Shown here piece after piece: positions 1 through 10,279 of a stretch of DNA of 64,000 bases. This DNA is from a virus (lineage: Duplodnaviria; Caudoviricetes), in the IMG/VR virus record IMGVR_UViG_2551306637_000004, positions 14,592 to 78,591 of that record; one strand, 5' to 3'. Position 1 is the first letter of the stretch, and each line of letters opens with the position of its first letter. The notes beneath the pieces were generated by a model. It was not told where the DNA came from. It searched no databases and saw only the letters and a program-made list of their open reading frames with translations. The position numbers and the translations under genes are program-made.

Positions 1-1319
1 TCTTCGTACGGAACACGCCGATGGTCGACATTCCAGTCGATGTCAGGATTGACGAACTGAACCTCGTAGTCGTTGTAGCGCGTCGACATGTCCGTGAACG
101 TGTAGCTGAAGCCTTCGGGAGTCACGTTCTCGGGCGTGAACATCAAGGTAGGTTCTTCCCATTTGTCGACACGCAGGTGAACCATGCCTGTAGCGTCGTC
201 GAAGATAACCGCACCAAAGCTGCCGGCGACATATCTCAACATGTCGAGGCCGGTCTGTTGGTCGGTCAGGGCGAGGTTGAACGTGTAGCGCGGTTGCCAA
301 CCACCTCGGCCGTCAGGGACCATCTCGTCACACCACCGCCCCGCATCGTAGAAGTCGAAGCGGTTGCAGCTGATCCACGGGTAATATTTCGCGAGGCCCC
401 ATGTGGGGTTCATGATGAGGTTGTACAGAATCCACGCCGGGTTGTTCGTCCATGCGAGCTTGAACGTCCCGTTCCACGGGCCGCTCGCGTCGTACGAGTG
501 CATGTCGCCGTTGTAGTTCGTCGGAACAAGGATCTCCAGCCCGTCGTAGATGCCAGCGAAGTCCGGGATCGAGCTGAACTGGCTCGTAGCCTTGGCGACC
601 AGATGGAGGAGCGCGACTTGGTTGTACGAGCGGTTTCCCTTCGTGACCATCTGGAAGCTTTCCCAGGTGAGGTCACAAAATTCCGTCGTACTGGAGTCCG
701 GGTTCTCCTTCAGTACCCGGATCACCCAGTTGTCATTGATGCGAGGCACGTCCCACGAATAGTCGACCATGTAGCCGCTACTGGTCTTACCAGTCACCTT
801 GATCAATCCGCCTTGAACCTCTGACCACGCGGCGTAGCTGGATGCTGGACGATACTGGATTCGGAAGCGCGCCGTGTTGTTGAAGGAGCCGTCGTTGTTC
901 TGGACGTAGAGGACATTGAACTGCATCCGTACTTGCAGTTGGTCGATCACTCCCTTCAATGACTGGTCGGTCTGGCGGTTGACCCACGTCCCTTGAAATA
1001 GACGTGTGCCTACCTGGGTGTTCGAGCTTTCGCCTCCCAGGACGTAGTTGACCGGAGAGTCGTGCGCGGTGCCGAGCTTTACGCCGAGGTTGAACGAACT
1101 GAAGTTCAGCGATCCGTCTTGCGACATGAGCGGCGTCCCGCCCACAAAGAAGGTCTTCATGCCGTCGACCAGTCCTCGAATCGGGCCTTGAGAAAGACCA
1201 AGGACGATCTCGACGACGTCTCGGGAAAACAGGTTGTCGTCCGTTCGCGTGGGCGAGCTGGAGCCACCGCCGCTCGCGCCACGGATGCTCTGGATAGGGC
1301 GTTCTTCTTCGACAATCAT
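1..1319 (-). CDS. Central tail-tip/host-specificity protein (lambda gpJ-like), 3'-truncated by the window edge
   Basis: Translated by hand from ATG 1319: MIVEEERPIQSIRGASGGGSSSPTRTDDNLFSRDVVEIVLGLSQGPIRGLVDG, a typical gpJ N-terminus; absent from the ORF track because it runs off the edge. Confidence 0.85.
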   Translation of the reverse strand, partial: MIVEEERPIQSIRGASGGGSSSPTRTDDNLFSRDVVEIVLGLSQGPIRGLVDGMKTFFVGGTPLMSQDGSLNFSSFNLGVKLGTAHDSPVNYVLGGESSNTQVGTRLFQGTWVNRQTDQSLKGVIDQLQVRMQFNVLYVQNNDGSFNNTARFRIQYRPASSYAAWSEVQGGLIKVTGKTSSGYMVDYSWDVPRINDNWVIRVLKENPDSSTTEFCDLTWESFQMVTKGNRSYNQVALLHLVAKATSQFSSIPDFAGIYDGLEILVPTNYNGDMHSYDASGPWNGTFKLAWTNNPAWILYNLIMNPTWGLAKYYPWISCNRFDFYDAGRWCDEMVPDGRGGWQPRYTFNLALTDQQTGLDMLRYVAGSFGAVIFDDATGMVHLRVDKWEEPTLMFTPENVTPEGFSYTFTDMSTRYNDYEVQFVNPDIDWNVDHRRVPYE

Positions 1320-1331
1320 CGTTTGGTTTTG

Positions 1332-1961
1332 TTATGCGAGCACGCAGTGGAGTGCTTGGCCGTCCCCGTTCTGGTTGCAGTAGCCACCAAGGACCATGTT
1401 GGAATCGTCGTACCGCTTGGCGTCGACGTTGAATGACAGGTAGTGCCCGAAATGTTTCACTCGGCCGAACAGGAGCGGTAGTCGAGTGCCGATCTTCACG
1501 GTGTTCTGGCTGGCGGGGATGATTAAGCTAGAGTTCGTCGCTGAACCCGTGCCGAGCTTAGGTTGTGGGGCGAGCATGGAAATGATCCCGCCGAGCATCA
1601 TCATCGCGCCCCCCATCATCATGCCGATGCCGATCTGAGCCATCGTGCCACCAGCCGGGCCGGTCCACCAGAGGACCGCGCCGACCACGACCATGACGGC
1701 CCCAATCAGGATCTGTAGGAAGCCGCCGTTGCCACCCGCGCCACGCAGGGCGGGGTAGACGTGCAGCTCGGTCTTGTCGGTCTGCACGAACAGCGAGTCA
1801 CGGCAATCGAAGCCATCGACGCGCACATCGACAGGGTTCTCGGCGTCAAAGCCGGGGAGCTGCTTCAGCACCGTCAGCGCTTCAGCAGCCGTGGTGGCAT
1901 GGACTTTAATCGGCTCCGGGTTCAGCTCCTTCAGGGAGCCATGCAGAAAGATCGTCTTCAT
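1332..1961 (-). CDS. Tail assembly protein (lambda gpI-like)
   Basis: LHVYPALRGAGG motif, Gly-rich hydrophobic middle, QNTVKIGTRLPLLFG; lies just before J. Confidence 0.8.
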   Translation of the reverse strand: MKTIFLHGSLKELNPEPIKVHATTAAEALTVLKQLPGFDAENPVDVRVDGFDCRDSLFVQTDKTELHVYPALRGAGGNGGFLQILIGAVMVVVGAVLWWTGPAGGTMAQIGIGMMMGGAMMMLGGIISMLAPQPKLGTGSATNSSLIIPASQNTVKIGTRLPLLFGRVKHFGHYLSFNVDAKRYDDSNMVLGGYCNQNGDGQALHCVLA

Positions 1962-2274
1962 CGAGCAAAATCACCGCGTTGTTTCTGACGTAGTAGCACC
2001 AGACATCGTGCTCGCCAATGATGTAGTGGAACCACTTTGGCCACGCCTGAAATGCACGGTAGTCCTCAGCAGATAGGTTCGGCCCCGTGCGCGGATGCGT
2101 GTGCCATGTGGCAGCAATCTGATCCTCGTATTGTCGGATAGACGCGGGGGTAATTTCAAAGCCTATTTCGGGTTGCTCATGGACGTTTTGGCACTCGACG
2201 ATCGACCCGTCATTTAGGAGGAAGCCGCACCGTTCGGTCAGGGGAGTCCATAGTTTCAACAAGTCGTCTTTCAT
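1906..2274 (-). CDS. JAB/MPN-domain tail protein (N-terminal half of lambda gpK)
   Basis: ERCGFLL...WHTHP...LSAED JAB metal-binding motif. Confidence 0.85.
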   Translation of the reverse strand: MKDDLLKLWTPLTERCGFLLNDGSIVECQNVHEQPEIGFEITPASIRQYEDQIAATWHTHPRTGPNLSAEDYRAFQAWPKWFHYIIGEHDVWCYYVRNNAVILLDEDDLSAWLPEGAEPGAD

Positions 2275-2752
2275 ACTTCTCTCTCAAGTGTGGTGGCAGG
2301 AGGGTCATGAAGTCGACCGACTGCGTTTGTTCCTGATTCTTGGCTGCGATTTCGGGATGCCGGATAACGTCGAGGACGCGGTTCTTCCAACGGTCGTTCA
2401 GAGGGTCTGCTTTCGAGGCCTGGCCATACAGGTGGTGCAACACATACTGGTTGCCGACGTAGACGCCGATGTGGTTCGAGATGCCGGTCCTGCTGGCGAC
2501 GTGCATCATCAACAGATCTCCGATCTGCAAGCGATTCAACTGCGTATTGACGAGTACAAACCCCTCGCGGTTGAAGTAGTCGCCAAGCAGATTGAAGCCG
2601 TCGTTTTCCCACGCGCAGGGTCGAGCGTAGTTCGTCAACTTCATCCCGTAGGTCTTGTCCATCCATTTGCGCACGAGACCGTAGCAATCATCGCGGCCTT
2701 CGACGTACGGGATTCCCTCGAACCCTTCGATGTATTTTTCATAGAGAGACAT
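2210..2752 (-). CDS. NlpC/P60 tail peptidase (C-terminal half of lambda gpK)
   Basis: PYVEGRDDCYGLV catalytic Cys and NHIGVYVG...VLHH; start moved to MSLYEK at 2752. Confidence 0.85.
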   Translation of the reverse strand: MSLYEKYIEGFEGIPYVEGRDDCYGLVRKWMDKTYGMKLTNYARPCAWENDGFNLLGDYFNREGFVLVNTQLNRLQIGDLLMMHVASRTGISNHIGVYVGNQYVLHHLYGQASKADPLNDRWKNRVLDVIRHPEIAAKNQEQTQSVDFMTLLPPHLREKYERRLVETMDSPDRTVRLPPK

Positions 2753-3233
2753 GGGGGAACTCCGGAGGGTAGAAGGCACGTGCCGGCAGATAGAACATCT
2801 GTCCGTCAAGTGGGGTACGCAGCTCGAAAGTAGCCATCGAATTGCTCATGCTCAGGGTCTTTGACACGCGCCAGATGTTGATCTGGTAGCGGCCGACGTT
2901 GTTTTTCACATCCTCAAGATGGCAGCGGTAGCGTGTGACTGTTGCGCTGTCGGTCTTACCCTGTGCAATGAATGCCGAGAAGATGCCGTCAGGGTTGGCA
3001 ACCGTTAGCTTCGGTCGATTCCACTGACCGTCCGTGCGAACACCTTCGCCGGCGAGGGTGATGGGAATGGACTCGAATACCATGCCTTGCCAGATGACTT
3101 GATTCTTAGCCGTCATGCAAAGAACCGTGCCACCAGAGATGCTATTGAGTTCCAGCTTGAACAGGTCGACCAGTCCGTCGGGTGACAGCTCGAAGGACTG
3201 GGAAACGTGAGTGTCGGGAAGATCGGACCTCAC
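2739..3233 (-). CDS. Minor tail protein (lambda gpL-like)
   Basis: LSPDGLVDLFKLEL...WQGMVFESIPI...RPKLTVAN pattern and synteny. Confidence 0.75.
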   Translation of the reverse strand: MRSDLPDTHVSQSFELSPDGLVDLFKLELNSISGGTVLCMTAKNQVIWQGMVFESIPITLAGEGVRTDGQWNRPKLTVANPDGIFSAFIAQGKTDSATVTRYRCHLEDVKNNVGRYQINIWRVSKTLSMSNSMATFELRTPLDGQMFYLPARAFYPPEFPHVSL

Positions 3234-3622
3234 GGCATCTCCACGAATTCGACGCTGAAGGACTCAGACCATCCGTCAGCTCCCTTTTTGCCCTTCGGCA
3301 TTTCGAGAGGCTTACTGAAACGGACGTTCAAGGTCCCCAGCCACGGGTGCTTATATTGGAATGTCTTGTAGAGTCGATACGTTTCGTAGAAGTCTTTCAG
3401 TAGCCCAAGGTTGTTGGGCGGATTTGTGGTGATGTCCACTGTGCCGTCCGTGTTAATCCCACGCCACATCGTCTCAAATGAGAGAATGAAGGTGCGTTGC
3501 TCCGGAGCGGTCGGTGGCGTCGCGAAGACATAGGAGTTTCCGAGCTGGATACGTGTTCCAGACTCGGGGTACTTCTCTTCGACCAGATGATTCGGGAAAT
3601 CGAAAGTGAGTGACGTTGCCAT
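3230..3622 (-). CDS. Distal tail protein (lambda gpM-like)
   Basis: Directly after the tape measure gene; 130 aa; FYETYRLYKTFQYKHP. Confidence 0.6.
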   Translation of the reverse strand: MATSLTFDFPNHLVEEKYPESGTRIQLGNSYVFATPPTAPEQRTFILSFETMWRGINTDGTVDITTNPPNNLGLLKDFYETYRLYKTFQYKHPWLGTLNVRFSKPLEMPKGKKGADGWSESFSVEFVEMP

Positions 3623-6600
3623 TTACATTTGACCCAGTGCGACTTGCTTGATCAGTTTCTTCGTAGAGCCACCCGTGACGATGTCGTTGCTGATCGCGGC
3701 GACGACGTCATTCGGACCCATCTGCGGCTTTTGATCCGGAGCAACGACCCACACGTTGACGTGTTGTGGCTGCTTCTCGCGTTCGGGCTTCGGTGCCGGT
3801 GTGCTCTTCGAGATGACACGGTTGCCGTGTGCGTTGAGGTTGTCGAGGAAGTCGGTGCCGACCGTCGACACGGCTCCATCGTTTAGCACATACTCTCCCT
3901 CTTTCAAAAGAGCATGTACGGAGTCACGACCGGGCATCCCGCCCGTCACGCTCCCGCCCGACACGAAGCGCTTCACCCCCGCCGAGCGGGAGACGAGACC
4001 GTTGCTGACGGAGCCACCCTGGACCGCGAGCGCGGTGCCGGTGGATGGCATATCAAAGCCGCCCGTGGCCGCGGGTGCAGCGGAAGCAGACGCAGCCGTC
4101 CCGAACATGCTGAGGACGCCCTTGATAAGCATGAGCGCGGCCTGCTGTTCGAGGATCTGCAAGACCATCTTCAGGAACGACACGCCGAAATCCCTTACTG
4201 CCTGACCAGCGGTCTTCGAATGGGTGGTCAGGTCATCGAAGAACTGGATCAACGCGTTGTCGGTCCCGTTCAGCATGTTGGCATACCCGTCGATCGCCAT
4301 CGAGGTCGCGTTGTGCGTGTCGAGGAAGTTCTTGTTTGCCTCGTTGATCCCCTGCATCAGCGAGAACGAACCAGTGGTAGTCTTCGCGGCCAGCTTCTCT
4401 TGCAGACGCTCCTGACTCTCAACCAATGCGTTTGACTTATCTTGCAGCGCGTTTAGTTCACCCTGCTGCGCAGTGCGTTCCGTGGTGAGGCGTACGATCG
4501 TGGCTTCGAGGCGTGCCTGTTCTTCCCGTTTCGCAGGATCAGCCTTCGCCGCCGCGAGTTGCGCGTACAGCCCAGTCGCGGGTGATCCAGCGCCATCACC
4601 TTCCTCGCCAAGCATCGCCGTACGGGCGTTGACTTGTTTCCGCAGTTGCTCGATTTCGCCGCGAAGCTGGGTGATGTTCGCCTGATACGTGACGAGGTTG
4701 CGCGTGTCGACGACGTCCTGATCAGCAGCTGCCTTGAGGCTTAGCGACTGACGTTGGACTTGGCTGAACTGGGCTGAGTAGCGCGGATCGCTCATGTACG
4801 CCGACGCTGCCTGATCGGCGACCACGGGGTACGAGTTACGTTTCAGCTCGATCGCCTGATTGCTCGACCGCGTCTTCTCGTCGCCCTTGAGCGTGGTCAT
4901 GAAGGCGTTGAACGCCATTCGTGCCCGGTCCTCGTCCTCCTTGAACTGCGCTGCCTTGATCTGCTCGTTGAGCTTGCGAACGCGCTCGGTGTTCTTGTCG
5001 ATCTGAGAGCGGACCTTTGCGTCCATCTCGGCCTGCAACGACTGAAGCTGCTGCTTCACGTCGTCTGCGTAGTCGCGATGATCGCCGACCTGAAGTGTCG
5101 GGCTCGTCCCCTTCAGCGTGTCGATCGCACGGTTGTACTGGTTCTTGATCAGTTCGACGGCGACGTCGCCGAGCTGCCGTGCCTTCTCCGGGTCACGGGT
5201 GATACCAGCCTGGGTGTCGACTTCGGCCAGCTGCGCTTGAAGAGCGCGTTGCGCGGCCGAGTTTGTCGCCTTCAGCGACGGCGCAGCCTCGACGCGCGCG
5301 TTTTCGATCTTGCGTTGAATGTCGTTCTGCGCAACCTTCAGCCGGTCGATCTGAGCGCGCAGGAACGTCTTCTGGATTTCGTCGTCGGACGCATCCAGCT
5401 GGGTCTGAAGCTGACGCATGAGCTGGCTGTTGGCCGCGCCTTGGTTTGCCAGATCCGGATTGTTCAGGAGGCTCTGGTAGCGACCGAATGCGCCAGCGCC
5501 GCTGCCGATGCGCTGCACGTAGTTGCGCGTCTCGGGCTTGAGCGCGTTGACGAACTCGGTCTCGGTCACGCCGGTCGGATTGCGGAAGTCCATCGAGCGA
5601 CCATCCGCGCTCGTAGTGGCCAGCAGCTTGTCGACGTAGCCGGGACCGCCGTTGTAGGCCGCGAGCGCGAGCGTCGAGTTGTTGCCGTACTTCTTCAGCT
5701 GCGCGTTGAGGTACGCGCGGCCGATCGCCTCGTTGTACGCGGCGTCGTCCCGGTAGCGCTTGTCGTCCCACGGCAGGCCGGCCAACCGCGCAGCTTCTGG
5801 CGCGGTGTCGGGCATCACCTGCGCGATGCCGATTGCACCCTTGCTCGATGTGATCGGACGCCCGTTGGCGTCGAACTGCCGGTTGCCGCTCTCCTGCGTC
5901 TTCAGGGCAGTCCAGAGCGCGTCCAGGCGCGATTCCGGGGAGCCGAGGGCGCCCCTCGTACGCGTTACCGCTACGGTGACCGCGTTGACGATCTCCTGCG
6001 CGGCCGGGTTGGAGTTGGCGTAACGCTGGTTCGCGAGCGATGTGTTCGCGCGGTCCAGATCGTGCTGATAACCCTGTGCCGTTTGCAGCCCGTTCGTAAC
6101 CTTCTGGAGATTCGTCAGGAGATTGGACAGTGCCTGTTCTTCGGCGTATGAGTTTGCCTTTTCGGCGTCCGAGATCCCCGGCGTGGTCCGCGCCTGAATT
6201 GCCTTCGCGATTGCTGCGTTCACGGCCGTTGCGAAGGCCGATTGGGCGTCCAGGTCGCGCGGCTGGCCGTTGATACCGGCAGCGTCCACCAGGCCCGCCT
6301 GGACCTTGCCAGACACGTCCGCGCCGGCATCCTTCAGGTACTGGATGATTGCCGGGATTGTGTCCTTGTTCACCCCCTCGTCGATCGGCAGATATCCGGC
6401 CGACCGCCTTCCTCCCGGCAGGGCATTGAAGCGGCTCGGCTCATACCCGGACAATGCGGACTCGTCCATGACGCCGACGCCGGGGGTGCTCATTCCCGGC
6501 GCGCGCTCAAGCTTGTCGCGCGGCCCGGAGAATGCCCCTTTTTGGAAATCACCGGCAGCTTGGCCAGCGGCTTCTTTCGCGCGCTCAACCATGACGTCGA

Positions 6601-9481
6601 GCTGTGCGCCGAGCACGCTCGTGTTCATCTCGTAGCGCTTACCCAGCTCGACTTGCAGGCGTTGCAGCCTATCAATCAGGTCTTCGGTCTTGCTGATCGC
6701 GCTCTTGTCGAGCGTTACGCCGTACTTCTCGAACTGCACGCTAACGTCGTCGATCTCGCGCTTGAGCTGTTCCGGATGCTCGTTGAGCGCGGCCATTTTG
6801 TAGCGCAGGGTGTCGATCTGCCGGCCGATGCTGTCGTACGACTGCTTCGACGAGGTCACTGCATCCTTCGCGGCGTTGACAGCCGTGCGCTGGTCCTCGA
6901 AGGCCTGCTTCGAGTCGTTCAGCTTGTTGACGAGATAGACGACGCCAGCCGTCAGCCCTGCGATGGCCCCGAGGACAAGGCCGACTTGTCCCCCCATAGC
7001 AGCGAGACCAGCTGCGGCTTCGAAGCCACCAAACGTCATGCCTGCGATGCCGCCGAGCAGTCCGCCGACGTACTTCAGGCCGACCGCGAGTGCTCCGGTG
7101 CCGATCAACGTGCCAACGGTCTCCGTGACACCTGCGTAGTTCTTCAGCGCGGTCTCGGCACTCGACGTAAGGTCGAGCAGGTGCTTCAGCCCGTCGAGCA
7201 GCGGCGTGAAGGCTTCACCGACCAGCAGCGACGTCTGGTTTTTGAAGCGATCATACTGCGCGCCGAGCGTTTCCATCTGCTCGGCGTTGGCGCGCACTGC
7301 GGCATCCGTATGGTTGAGCGTCGACGAAAAGTCGTTCATCTCGGACAAGTTGCCCGAGAGCGCCGTGAATGCCGACGCGCTGCGCGCCTCGAACGCCTGC
7401 ATGGCGTCGGCGGCAGTAAAGCCTGCATCCTTCAGGTTCTTCAGCGCACCGTACAGGCCCTGGGACTTGACGTTGATATCTTCCTGCGTGAGACCTAGTT
7501 GATCCAGCGTCGCCTTGAACTTCTGACTCGGCTTTTCGAGGTCGATCAGAAGTTGACGCAGTCCACCGCCGAGCGTCGCACCGGAAGCCGTACCGGTGTT
7601 CGTGATGGCCACTGTCGCCGACAGCATTTCCTTGAACGAGACACCAGCCTCACTCGCGGTCTCGCCAGCGGTTTCGATCGACGTCTTCAGCTTATCCATC
7701 GTCAGGCGCGACGAGTTGACCGCCTGGGCGATCATGTTCGTTATCTGAACCGTGTCGCTCGCGGACATCTTGAACGCGCCGAGCGAGCCGGTGACGGTGT
7801 CAACCGTCTTGTTGAAATCTTCGCCCGTGGCGGTGGCAAGGTCAGCCACGCCGCGCAGAGCTACACCGAGCTGGTTGGTAGTTACGCCCGTCTCCGACAG
7901 GGCGGCTGCTGCCTTGGTCAGATCCGTGGCGCTGTAGCGTGTCGCATTCGAGACAGTCTCGATGGTTGAAGCGAGCGAGGCGAGCTGAAGATCGGTCGCG
8001 GACGTGATCGTCTTGAGGTGAGCCAGTGCTTCTTCGTACTGGATCGTGTTCTGCAACGCCGACGTGAATGCAGTCTGCACTCCACGGGTCACGCTGTAAT
8101 TGGCGAGGAGGGCGGTCTGCGTCAGGGCGATTGACGCCCCACCGTCGCCAAATGTCTGCCGATAGCGACGAGCGCGCGTAGCGGCGTCCTGTTGATCCTG
8201 AAAATCGGGACTATTGCGACGGTTACTCTCGGCTTGCGCATCACGCAGCCGCATTAGCGTCGCCCGATCGGGACCGAACTGAGCAGCGGCGCGAGCTGCT
8301 GCCTCGTCTGCCTGCTGCTGTCGGCGACGATTCTCTCGAATGGCACTGTCCCAATCATCTTCGAGCTTCTTCTGCGCAGCCTTTGAGCGTCGGTGGTCCT
8401 CAAGGATTGCGGCATCCCAGTCGGCCAGGAATTTCCGCTCGGTGGCCTTGTCGCGCTTGAGGTTTTCGAGATGAGCTGAATTCCACGTCTTGTCGAACGA
8501 TGCCTCAGCGTCGCGCGCTCGCTTGTGGTCTTCAACCTGCGCCGCGCGCAGTTGTCGTTCGAAAGTGGCGTCGGCACGTTGTGTGCGCTGACGGTCTTCG
8601 ACAATGGCTTGATTCCATGCCTTCTCGAGCGCGGCTTGCCGGCTACGCTCCTCAGTGAGCGCTGCGGTCCAGTCCTTTTCGAGTTGCTTGCGCTCGTTGC
8701 TCAGGGCTTTCGCCGCCTCGCGTTCGGCGCGTTGCTGAGCACCGACCGTAGTGCGCAGCGACGTCGAGAGATCCGCCTTGTCAGCGTTCACGATCGCGAG
8801 TTGGGCTTGCGCGACATCAACGTTCTGGCCGCTATCGAGGGCGCGGCCGAGGCGCACGCGCGCCCCGCGCTCACGCAGATCGATTTCCTGCTTCAGTTGG
8901 TCGAGACGCTGTTGGCCGTCGCGCATGTCGCGCTTGGCCGCGGCCTGCGTCGCGGTGTCGCTGTCGATGATTGCTTGCTTGTAGCGCTGCTGAGCGTCGG
9001 TGATCCGCGCCGTGATCTCGTAGATCCGCGTCGCGGCGCTCATCTGCGACGTCGAGTATTCCCGGTTCGCCTCCTGGGCGACCTGAAGTTGTCGCTCAAG
9101 GAGCACACGGCGCTCGGCGGCGGCGTTGAGCGCGGTCAATTGTTCAAGCTGCGCGCGATTGTCGGAGCCGAAGAGCGCCTGCGAGCGCGTCCCTTGCACC
9201 AGTGCTTGATTGATCTGCGCCTGCGGACCGCCCGAGCGCACGGTCGCGAGCATGGTTCGCATGTCGCGCTGAAGTCCACCGATCGCGGCCAGGATGTTGG
9301 ACTGACTCAGATCGGTGGAAGAGACACCGGGGATTGAGATCTGCTTCGCGATCCCACTGATGTCGTTGAGGCGCTTGAAGATCTCGGTGAGGAGGGTCGA
9401 GAGGGACTGCGCGTCCTGAAAGATCTTCGGACCAAGGGATAGGTCCAGTTGCCCCTGTTGTACTTGATTCTCGCCCGCCAT
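3623..9481 (-). CDS. Tail tape measure protein with internal SLT lytic transglycosylase domain
   Basis: 1952 aa, Ala-rich and helical; SLT motifs QESG, GAIGIAQVMP, ALAAYNGGPG. Confidence 0.93.
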   Translation of the reverse strand: MAGENQVQQGQLDLSLGPKIFQDAQSLSTLLTEIFKRLNDISGIAKQISIPGVSSTDLSQSNILAAIGGLQRDMRTMLATVRSGGPQAQINQALVQGTRSQALFGSDNRAQLEQLTALNAAAERRVLLERQLQVAQEANREYSTSQMSAATRIYEITARITDAQQRYKQAIIDSDTATQAAAKRDMRDGQQRLDQLKQEIDLRERGARVRLGRALDSGQNVDVAQAQLAIVNADKADLSTSLRTTVGAQQRAEREAAKALSNERKQLEKDWTAALTEERSRQAALEKAWNQAIVEDRQRTQRADATFERQLRAAQVEDHKRARDAEASFDKTWNSAHLENLKRDKATERKFLADWDAAILEDHRRSKAAQKKLEDDWDSAIRENRRRQQQADEAAARAAAQFGPDRATLMRLRDAQAESNRRNSPDFQDQQDAATRARRYRQTFGDGGASIALTQTALLANYSVTRGVQTAFTSALQNTIQYEEALAHLKTITSATDLQLASLASTIETVSNATRYSATDLTKAAAALSETGVTTNQLGVALRGVADLATATGEDFNKTVDTVTGSLGAFKMSASDTVQITNMIAQAVNSSRLTMDKLKTSIETAGETASEAGVSFKEMLSATVAITNTGTASGATLGGGLRQLLIDLEKPSQKFKATLDQLGLTQEDINVKSQGLYGALKNLKDAGFTAADAMQAFEARSASAFTALSGNLSEMNDFSSTLNHTDAAVRANAEQMETLGAQYDRFKNQTSLLVGEAFTPLLDGLKHLLDLTSSAETALKNYAGVTETVGTLIGTGALAVGLKYVGGLLGGIAGMTFGGFEAAAGLAAMGGQVGLVLGAIAGLTAGVVYLVNKLNDSKQAFEDQRTAVNAAKDAVTSSKQSYDSIGRQIDTLRYKMAALNEHPEQLKREIDDVSVQFEKYGVTLDKSAISKTEDLIDRLQRLQVELGKRYEMNTSVLGAQLDVMVERAKEAAGQAAGDFQKGAFSGPRDKLERAPGMSTPGVGVMDESALSGYEPSRFNALPGGRRSAGYLPIDEGVNKDTIPAIIQYLKDAGADVSGKVQAGLVDAAGINGQPRDLDAQSAFATAVNAAIAKAIQARTTPGISDAEKANSYAEEQALSNLLTNLQKVTNGLQTAQGYQHDLDRANTSLANQRYANSNPAAQEIVNAVTVAVTRTRGALGSPESRLDALWTALKTQESGNRQFDANGRPITSSKGAIGIAQVMPDTAPEAARLAGLPWDDKRYRDDAAYNEAIGRAYLNAQLKKYGNNSTLALAAYNGGPGYVDKLLATTSADGRSMDFRNPTGVTETEFVNALKPETRNYVQRIGSGAGAFGRYQSLLNNPDLANQGAANSQLMRQLQTQLDASDDEIQKTFLRAQIDRLKVAQNDIQRKIENARVEAAPSLKATNSAAQRALQAQLAEVDTQAGITRDPEKARQLGDVAVELIKNQYNRAIDTLKGTSPTLQVGDHRDYADDVKQQLQSLQAEMDAKVRSQIDKNTERVRKLNEQIKAAQFKEDEDRARMAFNAFMTTLKGDEKTRSSNQAIELKRNSYPVVADQAASAYMSDPRYSAQFSQVQRQSLSLKAAADQDVVDTRNLVTYQANITQLRGEIEQLRKQVNARTAMLGEEGDGAGSPATGLYAQLAAAKADPAKREEQARLEATIVRLTTERTAQQGELNALQDKSNALVESQERLQEKLAAKTTTGSFSLMQGINEANKNFLDTHNATSMAIDGYANMLNGTDNALIQFFDDLTTHSKTAGQAVRDFGVSFLKMVLQILEQQAALMLIKGVLSMFGTAASASAAPAATGGFDMPSTGTALAVQGGSVSNGLVSRSAGVKRFVSGGSVTGGMPGRDSVHALLKEGEYVLNDGAVSTVGTDFLDNLNAHGNRVISKSTPAPKPEREKQPQHVNVWVVAPDQKPQMGPNDVVAAISNDIVTGGSTKKLIKQVALGQM

Positions 9482-9844
9482 TTATCGTTTCCCGAAGACT
9501 GCTGCCAACCGGCGTTGGGCGTCCGCGAAGTCTTTGGGCACGTTTTCTTGGGAGGATTCGGATGTGCTCGAAGCAGTCCCTGTGCCGAGGACTTCGGAGA
9601 GAAGGATCGCCAACGTCTGGAACTGTTGCACGTGGTTTGCTTGGCGTTCGCCGAGCCTCAACCGTGTGCGGATTTTAATGTCCTCGCGACTGTACTTCCA
9701 GAAAATAATAGGCAGTGCAGAAGGAACTGCTTCGAATGCCCAGCACACTGCCTCGCTGAAAGTGAGATCGCGGAACCAGTCCGTGTATGCGGTTAGCTTG
9801 CCGGGTTTTCGGCCAGCTCTTTCAGAGCTTTCAGCCGGTTTTCC
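9482..9844 (-). CDS. Tail assembly chaperone T segment (-1 frameshift extension of G)
   Basis: Open -1 frame overlapping the end of G (…GKLTAYTDWFRDLTFSEAVCWAFE…) with no good start of its own; ends at the tape measure start. Confidence 0.7.
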   Translation of the reverse strand, partial: GKPAESSERAGRKPGKLTAYTDWFRDLTFSEAVCWAFEAVPSALPIIFWKYSREDIKIRTRLRLGERQANHVQQFQTLAILLSEVLGTGTASSTSESSQENVPKDFADAQRRLAAVFGKR

Positions 9845-10194
9845 TTGTCCTTGTGCCCCGTGACGATTCTCTCCATCGTCCGGACGAAAAAATCAGTTGC
9901 GTGCTGCGCTACCCAGTCGAGCAGACGTTCACCGTCTTCGATGGACATTTCGATTCGATTGACGTTGATCGGCTTGACGACGTTGCCTTCTTCGTCTCGA
10001 TCGGAAAGCACAACCATCAAGGCGAAGTCACGAAGTTGAGAGTTCGCGGTGACTTGCAACGCGCCTTGGGCATCGCCAATGCCCCGGCACAGTTCGTTGA
10101 GCAAGCCAAAGGACATGAACAGGCTCTTCTTCTCGCCGGCCAGGGTGACTTCGAGTTTTGCAGGCGGGGCTTGTCGCGTGGTGGTGGTCGACAT
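9793..10194 (-). CDS. Tail assembly chaperone G
   Basis: Between tail tube and tape measure genes; start MSTTTT at 10194. Confidence 0.7.
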   Translation of the reverse strand: MSTTTTRQAPPAKLEVTLAGEKKSLFMSFGLLNELCRGIGDAQGALQVTANSQLRDFALMVVLSDRDEEGNVVKPINVNRIEMSIEDGERLLDWVAQHATDFFVRTMERIVTGHKDKENRLKALKELAENPAS

Positions 10195-10279
10195 GTTTTG
10201 GTTTCCTAATGAAAAATCCCCACGATTATGTGTCGTGGGGATTGGTGCTTCAAGGTTTTTCTCCGTACCGGCGTGAACC

